From contig CM106586.1 in NCBI GenBank assembly GCA_048013815.1, positions 22,816,001-22,880,000 on the forward strand: a stretch of DNA of 64,000 nt. The letters run 5' to 3'. The position numbers and the translations under genes are program-made. Position 1 is the first letter of the stretch, and every line of letters starts with the position of its first letter. Below the pieces are notes generated by a model that worked only from the letters and a program-made list of their open reading frames with translations, was not told the DNA's origin and made no database searches. Source of the DNA: Setoptus koraiensis. Lineage: Eukaryota; Animalia; Arthropoda. Shown here piece by piece: positions 45,583-57,696 of this stretch.

Positions 45583-47432
45583 GTGTGCGGGTGTTTGTGT
45601 GCGCGGCGAACATTCTCTCATTGAAATAGAATTATAACTAGACCACCGCTGGTACCGCCAACGGCAGCAATCACAAAGTGAACCAGAAAACAGGCACAGA
45701 GATAACAGGCGCGGGGGGAAACTTTGTGTGTGGCTCATTCACCTCGCAAGCTGTCCTATGTGTGTGTGCGCGCGTTCATTCGGGCCCCAATCGAACGAAT
45801 ATCATCATTCCAATAACGCGTCGTTCCAGTAGTCATGCCATCACTGAGCGCCACTATGTACAGGTATTTCAACAGTTCATCCACCATTGTGACACCTGAA
45901 TCCTCTGAAAGAAGATCCCCTTTTATTCTTACGCAGTTCACGCAACGACACACATGTGTGTAAAGCAGTTGTAGCAGCACACACGAATCTACTAATTTGC
46001 TGATTGACGACCAGCATCACGACGCGCCAGAGAACTGCCACAACAGTATCAAACAGAGACGGTGATAACAGATATTATGCGCCACCGACACACACACACA
46101 CACACACCAACCAAACCAACCAACCAAACCAATATACAGCCCACACAGCCCCACAGCCCGTACAGCCAGTATAGATAAATGCAAGATTGATTGCATGATG
46201 CAAATTACCATTTATGTTGTGTTAAACACCGGATACATTTATCAACAACATTTAGGACATACATCATTGTACAATTAAAATCCCGTTCTATGCCCACTAC
46301 TTAACCTAATTGGACACTCGCTGCAGTCGCAAGTACATCTGCTCTGCTGATATAGCTGCATTTCAGTAATTGGCGCTGATAAGGACAAAAGAAACCAAAC
46401 CAAAGGGCCTCCACACTCCCACTCGCATATGAAACAACGTGTCCAGATCCTATCTTATGGCCACAATGGACGTTAAATGACAACATTTTTCACAATCATC
46501 ACATTGGCCGCTACAACCATCGAAAAAAACAATTCACGCTGAATACCTACTCACCGTCCGTCGCACAAGCTATACAACAACCAACCGCTAGTAGACCCAA
46601 CAAAACCTATAGTTTCTATACACTCAGGACATCAGTGGATATTCCAAATAATAATTGAAGAAATAACTGACCTCCCATTGCTAGCTTTAAGGCCAATCAA
46701 CTGTCAACCATACCGTAAGCTGTGAAATCATTTTAACGCACCACATCCATTCTTCAGTTGGGCCCTGCTGGTAAGTTGTTCCATCGTACACAGTGGCTTA
46801 ATGAACGAACAGTAATAATTTAGTCATGACTGGGTTGTGCTAGACTATTGACCGGCAAATAAATGTTGCATCAACTACTTCTAGGAATATAGGGGATATT
46901 GAGGAGGCATAATAATCACCTACAGTTTAGATTGTTCCAACGTTTTTGTTGTATTCACCAACTAACAACAATCAAGTCTTCTAATTTAGTTTACAATGTC
47001 CATCATTCTTACACAACGAATCCAAAGTGTGTATGTTTGTGCATGATTGTGGTTGAGTGTGTCAGAGAGAAATACAGCTTACGTGTTTCATAATAGTTTC
47101 CTTAATTGTGATCCATTGATTAGTACTGTGCAGAGTTAAATTGAGACATGCATAAAATTAATGCACTCTTCATTCGTCCAAGCCTGAACAACTCATGCAT
47201 CCGATGCCTATAATTATTATGAGCAATTCACACATTGTTACCACTATAATTATTACCTTGCATATACAGTGAATTTGTCTCCCAAGTCTATATACATATA
47301 TTGTAAACACAAACACACATGATCAAATAATTAGCCTTGTTTTGATGCACACATATCGAATGTCAGAGCTGCAAAGGAAACAGACTATCGTTACCAGCAA
47401 GATCAAGATTTTAGATTCTTCCAAATTTGGAT

Positions 47433-50400
47433 ATGGATAATAGGTTAGATGGAGCTACTAATTATAGTGGTGATCCGTCATCGGCCTCTTTATACGCGGC
47501 GGAAGCACACGGAGGAATTTATAATCGGCAACAGACAGATTCATCGTCGTCAATTAGCCAAGAAACATCGACAGGCTACAATATTGGCGGCCACGATATC
47601 ACCGAGCAAACTATGCAATCGCCATTGAATGAATTCATTGAAAATGTTACTAGGGCGACAGTAGAAATGCTTAATTCTAGTCAATTATTACCAACTGTGA
47701 TACCACCAGTTCAGAACACCGACCATATAATGAGTGACATGTATACCAATGGGTCAACCAAATTTACAGCTGATCCCGTTCAGTATGCTAATATGTTAAG
47801 TCAAACTCAAAAAGTTACGCCACCACCTGAAGCACCAAACATAGTCGACGATGCATGTATGCAAGATAGGAGATATTGGGTCTTTTTTTTATCTTCAGTT
47901 CTCACATTAGTTGGAGGCATATTTATTATTTTGATATATAGAGGATTGGCATTCGTTTTTTCTAAATCCAACCAGAACGGCAAAAATAGTTACCCATTCA
48001 ATAATAGTCATGGTAAGTAGCCAGCAACATAGATTCACTATATCTTAAAATTTTTTCTTATTTGTTTTGCTTGCTACATTCATCTTACATTGATCAAACC
48101 GCAATCCAATTTACTTCAATTCGACACAGCTTCGCAGTCGCATGCGCCGAGTAGATCTGGCGGCCAGCCATTCACTCAATCTTCTGGACCATTAGGTGGG
48201 GCACATCCTCAACAGCATCATCATCAAAAAGGTGGACCCTTACATCATTCTTCCATGATAGTTTCGACGATACCTGGATCTGACGAAACCAAAACCTCAA
48301 CTCTTTCACACTTGACAGATGTAGATAATTCTGGAATGATCGTCCAGCCACCACTCTCCCCTCCGGTCATGATGAATCATGCTTCGATGGCAGCTGCTGC
48401 CGCTCAAGCTGAGGCTCATAATCAGAGGTACCAGGCTGACCAGCAAACTCAAGTTGGATGGATGACAGAAGCAAAAGATTGGGCGGGTGAATTGATCTCG
48501 GGTCAATCGGCAACAGGACGCATACTTGTAAGTGGAGTAGTGTATTGATATTCTCCTTTTCAATTTAGCTATCCTTTTAAACCATTTCCATAATATACTT
48601 ACACGAATTTACTTTCCCATCAATAGGTGATATTAGTATTTATGTTATCGATAGCATCATTGATAGTGTATTTTATAGATGCTTCAAAGATTGGTCCAAA
48701 TGACGGGTAGGTACCACAACAGGAAGTTTACCCTAAAATCTGTCATGCTTTGCAAATAACTAATGAAACTAATAATTGACTGTTCTCTACAAAATAATTC
48801 CACCAACAGCAATATTAGTGAAGGAGTAGAAAAATGCCAAAAGTGGAGTGACAGTATCACTCAACAGATTGATCTTGCGCTTAATGTTTTCTTCATGGTA
48901 TATTTTTTTATTAGGGTAAGTAACATATACTCTGGCCAATATACAGCTTTGTGCGCTAGCATAGATTCTCGAATTCTCGACATCGTAACATCATAATGAT
49001 ATCGGGCATAACAAACAAACTGATGATAACACAGAGAAGTTCTCAAACTAATTCATATTCTTGAAACTTATTCACTCTATGTATTTCAATAGTTCGTCGC
49101 AGCATCCGACAAATTGTGGTTCATGTTGGAGTTGCACTCTATCGTCGATTACTTTACAATCCCCCCATCTTTTGTGTCATTATATTTGGATCGCACGTGG
49201 ATCGGCTTCAGAGCTACTCGTGCTTTGAGATTAATGTCTATTCCGGATATTTTGCAATATTTAAACATGCTCAAGACTTCATCATCTATTAGGTTATCTC
49301 AGTTGATATCAATTGTGATATCAGTTTGGCTCACTGCAGCTGGTCTTATCCATCTCGTAAGTTGGTATAAGTGAATCTAGAATCGAAGCTGACATCCCAA
49401 GTTGATATTTTAACATGACTAACTTTTTTCTATACATCCCTATAACAGCTTGAAAATTCAGGAGATTTACTCGACTTTTCTCACCCACATTCAATTGGCT
49501 ACTGGGAATGTGTCTATTTCCTTATTGTGACGATGTCCACTGTAGGCTATGGTGATATTTATTGTACTACAGTTTTGGGACGAGGATTCATAGTGTTATT
49601 CATACTTATTGGTTTGGTAAGTCAACACAAACCTAAGCGACGTAATTCACTAACTTCCTCCAAGTATTCTCTGTACTCGATGAACTGGCATTCTCTTCAG
49701 GCTCCGTTGTCGTACAACAATTCTATTCCTTATACTAATTGATTCTTGCTTAGAAAGAATTAAATTAATCAATTCACACGTATTGGTTTCATACGACAGA
49801 GGGCACATAACAATAATCTGACAACAAAGCTAACAATTCTTTGTGTATTTGTGGTCGACAAAGCCATATAGTAGCCATGTATTAGCCATGGTCTAATTTC
49901 CTGTGAAAGATGTACAGGAGATTCTATTGATATTAATATATTATTTATTTTGTTTATATTGAGTCTTGTTCCTTTATAATGGGTACATTTGCACTCTCCA
50001 TGAGTCATTATCTCCACAACCGCTATTCCTTCTGGAGTTTGAATGAAGGGTCTCAGCGAGTGTTTTGGGGATAAACGATTAGCTTTTGTTGTCAACCGTC
50101 GTTACTAATGACTCATAGCGAACAATAGTTTAAAATTAAGCTTCAGAGTAATTTGACTACCAGACTGTCCCTTGTCAGACTCGAGTGCTCAATCTGATGA
50201 TTTACTGTTTGTGGCAGCACTTGAGAGTTGTCATCGAACGTCTGGCATAATGAACCGACGGTAGCTTGTTATACCGTCACAGAATAACAAACCACTCGCA
50301 TGGTAGATGGTCGAGTTTGAAAGCGAAACACAGTGAACGGTTGCGAACCGCTAACTTGAATCTCTCTATGGACTATAGAGTTACAGAAATGTCAACAAAT

Positions 50401-52492
50401 TTAGACCATTCACTCTGAGACATGGCTTGCACATCGGGGTTCTGATCTCATTTCGCTCTACCTTTGAGCCTTACAATGTACGCCTAATGATGAACATAGA
50501 CAATATGCCCTTTGTCCCAATGATAGCTTGATTGACACTTCCCACAAAGATATTTCTGCAATTGTCTCCTGTGAGTGCGCCATCTTTTGAAAAGTTCTCT
50601 ACCAAGTCGTCAGAACCGAATACCTCCGAATCTAGTTTGTAGTAACCACCCGCAGAGTCGGCGACATCAGATTCGTGACAATTCAGCCGACTAAATTGCT
50701 GTGGATTAGATCTGACGCAATGTCGCAATCTAGCTGCGAGCCAGCGGGATTTCATTACTGCCGCTAGCATTGTCATTCTCTTCTATGGTTACGAATGCTG
50801 AAATATAACATAAAAAAGAGGAAAAAAGAGCACGAACACCGCTCAGTTCAAAGTTGATGCTTATGAATGAATCTGCTTCTATTGAATTTTAGCTTTTCAG
50901 TAACTTTCACTGTGCTCGATCACGGAATAATGGGATTTCCGTTCTAATTGGCCATAATTGACTGGCCGAATAGAATTGACATGCTGGTGGTTAGTTGGAC
51001 CGATCAGTAACTCATGCTCCATGTTTTCCTTCTGAACTCTGGTTGTTTTTATTCAACTCATTGTTGCAAGCGCACGCATGAACTTTTTACTTCACTAGCA
51101 ACAAACTGAAAACAACTATGAAAAAATGCAGTCATTAGTTATTTGACTACATGTTGGAACAAATTGTATAATAATAATCATGATCGCAACCAAGGAGACA
51201 TGGTATCCTGTCACCAGAGCTTTTGATACATTATCATCATTGTTAGAAACTGTATTGTGCCCACAGACAAGATGAAAAAAAAATTATTCATGGCCAAACA
51301 TCATCACAGCCCAGTAATAAAGTGTTATAATTATTTTATCTTATTATTTATGCATTCTTTTGTTCCACACAATATTTTGGAATATTGCCCTAATGTCACA
51401 ATAACAGGCCGTATTCGCCTCTCTCATTCCAGAGATAACTGATTTACTTGGTAGACCTAGTACATATATGGGATGTTACCAGATAAATTCTGTGAAAAAG
51501 TACGTTCTCTATATAAAAGAAACCGACATATTTGACTACATCCCATCAACAATTCAAGAACAATACCAAAAAGGGGTTCTGAGCATACAATAATAGTTGT
51601 TAGTTTAGATTATGTATCCTTTCCACAATGCTTGAAACTCTGTCAAATCTTCTACTTGCTTCACATATATTTAATTTCATTATCTCCATTGGGAGTGATT
51701 ATTGTTTGCTTATCAATACTTTTAATAGCATAGAATATACACCATTCTAGTTAATATGTTGTTGCTATTCAACCTGCATACGAATGAATAATTGCCTTGC
51801 AAAGTAATAATTAGATTATAACCATAGTCCAGTAATTCCAACCATGGCGAACTAACAGACCACACCCAGTTGATGTGGGCTCTATTTGTTAGCCTTTCGA
51901 TCATTGGAATCACTCATTGAATCTGAATATTTACAACCGTCGCCAGACCAACTAATTTACGCCTAAAAAAGTCGATAAGAACGTCAGTCGTACATCTAAT
52001 AAGACATCGTTTTGTATGATGATGTTGCACCAAAAATCTTTAGAAAACCAAACAAACATGAATACTTGACAACAATGACAATCATGATGATGTGTATTAT
52101 AATCTTGTCTTTTGCTCACTCTTGATCTTTTTTTCCTATCTATATTTTGTCAACCCTTTAATATATTGTTATATAAACAATATCAATGATGCTAAATTAT
52201 CTATGCATTGTTACGATGATATATGAACAACGAAAATCTGTTGATAACGTGCTGCATAATGATGCGTGTATTTGAATCTCGCTTGACATCGCATAACCAT
52301 CAATTGCTCAACAATTTATCAAACAATCATTTACACACATAATATAAAATATTTAGGCTGTATTTGCGTCATGTATTCCTGAGATAATAGACCTAATTGG
52401 AAGTCGACCAAAATATGGTGGCGCATTTAAGTCTGAAAGAAGAAGGTTAGCTAATATGATATAAAACAATATTAGTATATTACAACACTCAC

Positions 52493-52526
<34 letters not shown>

Positions 52527-55500
52527 TTATACACTCACTACACACTTTTATCTTATAAAATCCGATTATGCCAAACTCTTTATGAAACCTTCCACGAAAC
52601 TTTGATTAGTTGTAGATGTTCTGGCTATGCATATACCTTCAATTTAATTAGTAGTATCTTGATTTGAACCACCACCACCCTCACCATCACCACCTTGTTC
52701 ATGTGCCTTTAAATGAGTTGGTAGTTGTAATGCATGTGCTGCAGTACTATACAAATATCGGTATACGAAGATTGTTTCTTTCACGAGAATACTTTTAATT
52801 TATTTAAATTATATGCGAAAACAGAACAACGACACAAACTCTGCTTGAACTATCACATAATAGGTTGATGCAGCCTCTCAGCTTCTCGGTGCATTGTCTT
52901 GAGTGTTGTATGACAAATCATCATATAAATCAATTTACCTTATTTATGGGATGGGAGACAGATGAGAGATAAGGAGAAGCCAGATTATAGACAGGTTCAT
53001 ATGATTGCACAACACGGCGCTATCTGCTGATAGATTACCCATTTTCTATGTCTAACAATAATGATTTTACACAACTACCGATTCGAACTGAACTCGCTTC
53101 GATAACATAGATAATCTCTTATTCAATGATGCTTCTTGATGATTTTCATGTTCGAGATTTGCATAAAAAAGAAGAAAGGAAAAAAATTCATTCCGAACGA
53201 CTTAAAGACTTATCGTGATGGGTACTGGTTGGCGAGGCCCTGTTGTCATTAGATGATTCTGATAAGAGGTTGCATCACTATGGAAGCATGAAGTGTAAAT
53301 TGATAATTAAACAAGAAAAAAACAAACTTCTTTCTTCGCAACATAGCAAATGACATTTGTTGTGATTATTGCAAACTTCCCTCATTCTTTCATGATGATT
53401 TAAACTGGATTTACAATCATTTCCAGCCGCATGCTCGAAACTGGCATGGACTGGTGTACAGATAAAACAGAAAAAAAGAATGCTAACAGTTTACTATTAA
53501 AATGCTGAATGGCCGCCGGAAAGAATTTGTTTCAAGCTGACAAACGTTTATTTCCACACCCTAAACTGATATTTATAACTGATTGCAGTCTGCAGACAAA
53601 TGCCTACCATGAACTCAATTTACCGAATATAATTACCTTTTTCCGGTGCATGTGCAACCTTCTTAATTGTTAGAATGAATGTTTTTTCAGTTACGTCTCT
53701 ATCCCATTCAAATTATTATGATTTCATCATCGAATGTCACCAACAGTATGCTCATTACCCTTTTTGGAACAACAACAATCACTCATCATGTGTGACCACA
53801 TATTTAATCCTCTTGATCTCTCTCTCCGATTCATGATCAAACTTAACTAATTTTTTCTGACGCACATCTTCCACTAAACAACCAATTACACGCTTAAACC
53901 AATCAAACAAACGAAAAATCGTCCTCTTGAATACATACAATGTATCTGTTACGTGCTGAAACTTTCGCGTTACAATCAATTGCGTTGTATCTGCATAAAT
54001 ATTCGAACGCACAATCACTTTACAGACACATTGTTGTTTGTGGCCATATCACATACGAGAGTGTCAGCCATTTTCTAAAAGATTTCTTGCACGAAGATCG
54101 TGAGGATGTCGATGTTGAAGTTGTCTTCTTACACAGAAAGCCGCCTGATTTAGAATTAGAGGGTCTAATAAAAAGACATTTCACCACAGTAGAATTCTTC
54201 CAAGGATCTGTGATGAACTCTATAGACTTGCAGCGCGTTAAAGTGGAACAAGCGGATGGTAAGTGTCCGATTGGCTTATTATGACTGTTTTAGGGTTGAT
54301 TATTAGCCGAGCGTTATTCGATTAATCTGAACGGATTTCCATCTGTCTATTTCCCTCCCTCACACTCAGCCTGCCTGATTTTGGCAAACAAACAATGTGG
54401 TGACGGTGACCAAGAGGATGCGGCCAACATAATGCGCGTCATTAGCATAAAGAACTGTAGTGAAAAAATTAGAGTTATCGTGCAATTGATGCAATACCAT
54501 AACAAGGCCTATCTACTGAACATACCCTCTTGGGACTGGAAACGGGGTGACGATGTTATTTGTGTCAGTGAGCTGAAGCTTGGATTCATAGCACAATCTT
54601 GCCTAGCTCCAGGTTTCAGTACAATGATGGCCAATTTGTTTGCCATGCGATCTTACAAGACGGTAAGTACATTATGCTCGATGCATTGTTTATGTCAAAT
54701 CTATTGATAATTCCTGCTATCGATTAATAATATGTGTTGTTCTATCGATTACTCATGCAGTCACCGGATATGCCAGCCTGGCATAATGATTATCTCTGTG
54801 GTACTGGTATGGAGATGTATACCGAATATCTTAGTCATGCATTTGTGGGTATGACATTCGCGCAGGCTGCCGAATTATGCTTCACAAAACTGAAATTATT
54901 GTTGATGGCAATAGAGGTTAGCGACACTAATGGTGATGGCAGTGCCAATATCGTAATCAATCCAAAGGGAGATCACAAAATCAAGAGCAATACGCAAGGA
55001 TTCTTCATGGCACAGTCTGCTGATGAGGTGAAACGTGCGATATGGTTTTGTAAAAATTGTCACGACGATGTGATTGACGAAAAACTGATAAGGAAATGCA
55101 AATGTCGAAATCGTAAGTTCTGTCGGATCATAATTATTGTTCTTTCGGCCACAATTCAAAGCAGTCATCAAGCTGTCATAGTCAGTCTGAATGCACATGA
55201 AGAAATTATCTAACACTATTCAAATTATTCCCAACTATTCAGCGGGTGCCATGTTCAAAAAAGGAGTCAGGGTTGTCCAGATAGCCAACAGCGGTGTGTC
55301 TTCGACGGGCAAAAGTAAGATAAAGATTTGTGCATTTTTTTTTTCTAAATTTAACTCATTTGACCGATGCATTTGGCCAAGGAAATCTATTAATACATTT
55401 ACATTCTCGTTTTTTGCTTTCACTTTGCCACTTTCAGAGGAACCGGGAGATCCTGACGCCGAGACAGCATATTTGCTGCAACAATCGCCTGGTGGAGCTG

Positions 55501-57333
55501 CTTTGTCTCACCAGCCAACGCCAACTAGAAACAAGACAACATTGACAGATTCTGATGGCAACACCATAGCGGACGAGTCAAATTTCAAACCCGCTAGCGC
55601 AACGAGATCGTCACTAAAATCAAAACAAGCTCAATTCGATCAGCCACATCTAGCCTATGAGGTGAAGAAACTCATGCCAACAGCCAGGCCACCATCTAGC
55701 AACGATGTTCTTGGCAGCTCTTCTGCTGGTCCACCTGTAGCAACAGGATTCATAGATTCAGATAATTTGGATGTTGATACGTCAGAAATGAAATACGACT
55801 CAACGGGAATGTTTCATTGGTGTCAAGCCCGAAGATTCGAGGATTGTCTATTAGATAGAAATATAGCGGCTATGACGGTGTTTAATGGTCACGTAGTTGT
55901 GTGCTTATTCGCCGATCCTGACTCTCCTTTGGTGGGCCTACGTAATCTTGTAATGCCTTTAAGAGCGTCCAATTTACATTATCATGAATTAAAACCAGTG
56001 GTCATAGTCGGCAATTATGATTATATAAAACGAGAATGGAAAATGTTGCAAAATTTGCCGAAGATCATGGTACTCAATGGATCGCCATTGTCTCGCGCTG
56101 ATTTGAGAGCCGTCAACATAAATTTATGTGATATGTGCGTCATATTATCCGCCAAAATACCCTCCTCCGACGATCCCACCCTAGCAGACAAAGAGGCCAT
56201 TTTGGCTAGTCTAAATATCAAGGCAATGACTTTTGATGAAACCATAACGATAGCCCACAATGGTGCACCAGGCACCAATTTGCCACAGCATGTTCAGAGG
56301 AGGGGCTCCGTTTACGGAATTAATGTTCCACTCATCACTGAACTCATGAACGATACCAATGTCCAGTTTCTAGACCAAGATGATGAGGACGACCCAAATA
56401 CTGAATTATATCTCACGCAACCGTTCGCATGTGGAACAGCTTTTGCTGTGTCCGTTTTAGATTCGTTGATGTCAACCACCTACTTCAATGCAAATGCCCT
56501 AACCTTGATCAGATCCCTGGTGACTGGTGGTGCTACTCCTGAGTTAGAGTTGATACTTGCCGAAGGTGCTGGTTTGCGAGGAGGTAAGCTAAACATAACA
56601 ATTGTCTATCGCTATCGGTTTCTTAAAACTAGCAACTAATAATGAATTCACCGTAATAACATTTTTTTCTCCAAAAATTGCATCAGGTTGTACTACTCCA
56701 GAGACCTTAGCCATGAGAAATAGATGTCGTGTTGGACAGATATCTCTCTACGATGAACCACTCAACAAATTTGCCGTAAGTCGCTTCCTAGGCTAACAGT
56801 ACATTACATTACATAAATAGATAACGGTAGATACATTGAAATTTTGACATTTCAGAAATGATTGGCTAATGATAACGACACTGTTCTCTATTTTCAATAA
56901 ACAGGACTCGGGTAGATACGGCGACCTGTTTGTGTCGGCACTGAGATTGTTTGGTATGCTTTGTGTAGGTATATATCGCGTTCGAGACCTGGCCGCTAAC
57001 GGACCAACGGCATCAAGCAGACGTTTTGTTATATGTAACCCGCCCGATGACTTTATACTGATGTCTTCGGATTTGGTAAGTAGTGACCTGACCGAAAGTT
57101 ATGTGCAACATACTACTCTTTGTTCGACAATAACTAATTCTCCCCCCCCCCCTCTCATTCTTCACTTACAATCATGATTCGTGCAATCACAACAGATATT
57201 TGTTTTGCTTCAATTTGACCCTGGTCTCGAGTATCATAAGACAGCCTCGAATCCCAACAAACCATTGTCACCACCCTCTAACAAAGAACATACCATGCCA
57301 CCGGTAAGGAAGCTCTCTGGATTCGCTGGCTAA
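47433..57333 (+). CDS. slo: Slowpoke/KCNMA1 Ca2+-activated BK channel. Exons: 47433-48012, 48130-48527, 48627-48706, 48819(or 48810)-48915, 49093-49356, 49449-49616, [51408-51499 | 52357-52445], 54026-54258, 54370-54662, 54761-55112, 55243-55314, 55438-56583, 56687-56775, 56905-57075, 57196-57303/57333
   Basis: S0 [27 protein letters not shown]4 RALRLM, pore [12 protein letters not shown]1 [32 protein letters not shown] heme motif, Ca bowl [33 protein letters not shown]. All junctions are GT-AG and phase-consistent. Confidence 0.97.
51408..51499 (+). CDS. slo: slo alternative exon 7a (92 nt): [30 protein letters not shown](K)
   Basis: ataacAG|GCC GTA TTC GCC ... GTG AAA AA|GTacgt; phase 0 to phase 2, same as exon 7b; homologous AVFAS.IPEI motif. 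Confidence 0.85.
52357..52445 (+). CDS. slo: slo alternative exon 7b (89 nt): [29 protein letters not shown](R)
   Basis: atttAG|GCT GTA TTT GCG ... AGA AG|GTtag; canonical S6-linker sequence. Confidence 0.9.
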
Positions 57334-57462
57334 CTTGACTTCTTCCATCACACAAATCTAATCCTTGGCCATATGTTCTTTAATCCATTTCTCTGACTAA
57401 TTTCATCTCGACCAATTGACTCAAATGGCACTACTCAACTTGACTGAAATTATTGCATATAG

Positions 57463-57696
57463 AGAGAATGTAATGGCAACGATGGACCCTCTACAAAGGC
57501 TACACCGGTAGTAACTGCAACCCCAAGAGACCAACAACACACAACAACTAAGACGGATTCTTTGAATAGCGAGTCAACAACTCAACATCATAAAACTGAA
57601 ACAAACCTGATGTTACCAATGGTCAAGCCAAGCACTGCTAGCACCGGTCAGATACTATGCAGTGCCATGACAAATGGTCCATACTCCTTCATTTAG
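57463..57696 (+). CDS. slo: Possible alternative terminal slo exon (RECNGNDGPSTKATP...GPYSFI*)
   Basis: Donor CCG|GTAAGG at 57303/57304 and acceptor gcatatAG at 57461-57462 join in phase 0 to a 77-codon open frame. Confidence 0.45.
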   Translation, partial: RECNGNDGPSTKATPVVTATPRDQQHTTTKTDSLNSESTTQHHKTETNLMLPMVKPSTASTGQILCSAMTNGPYSFI

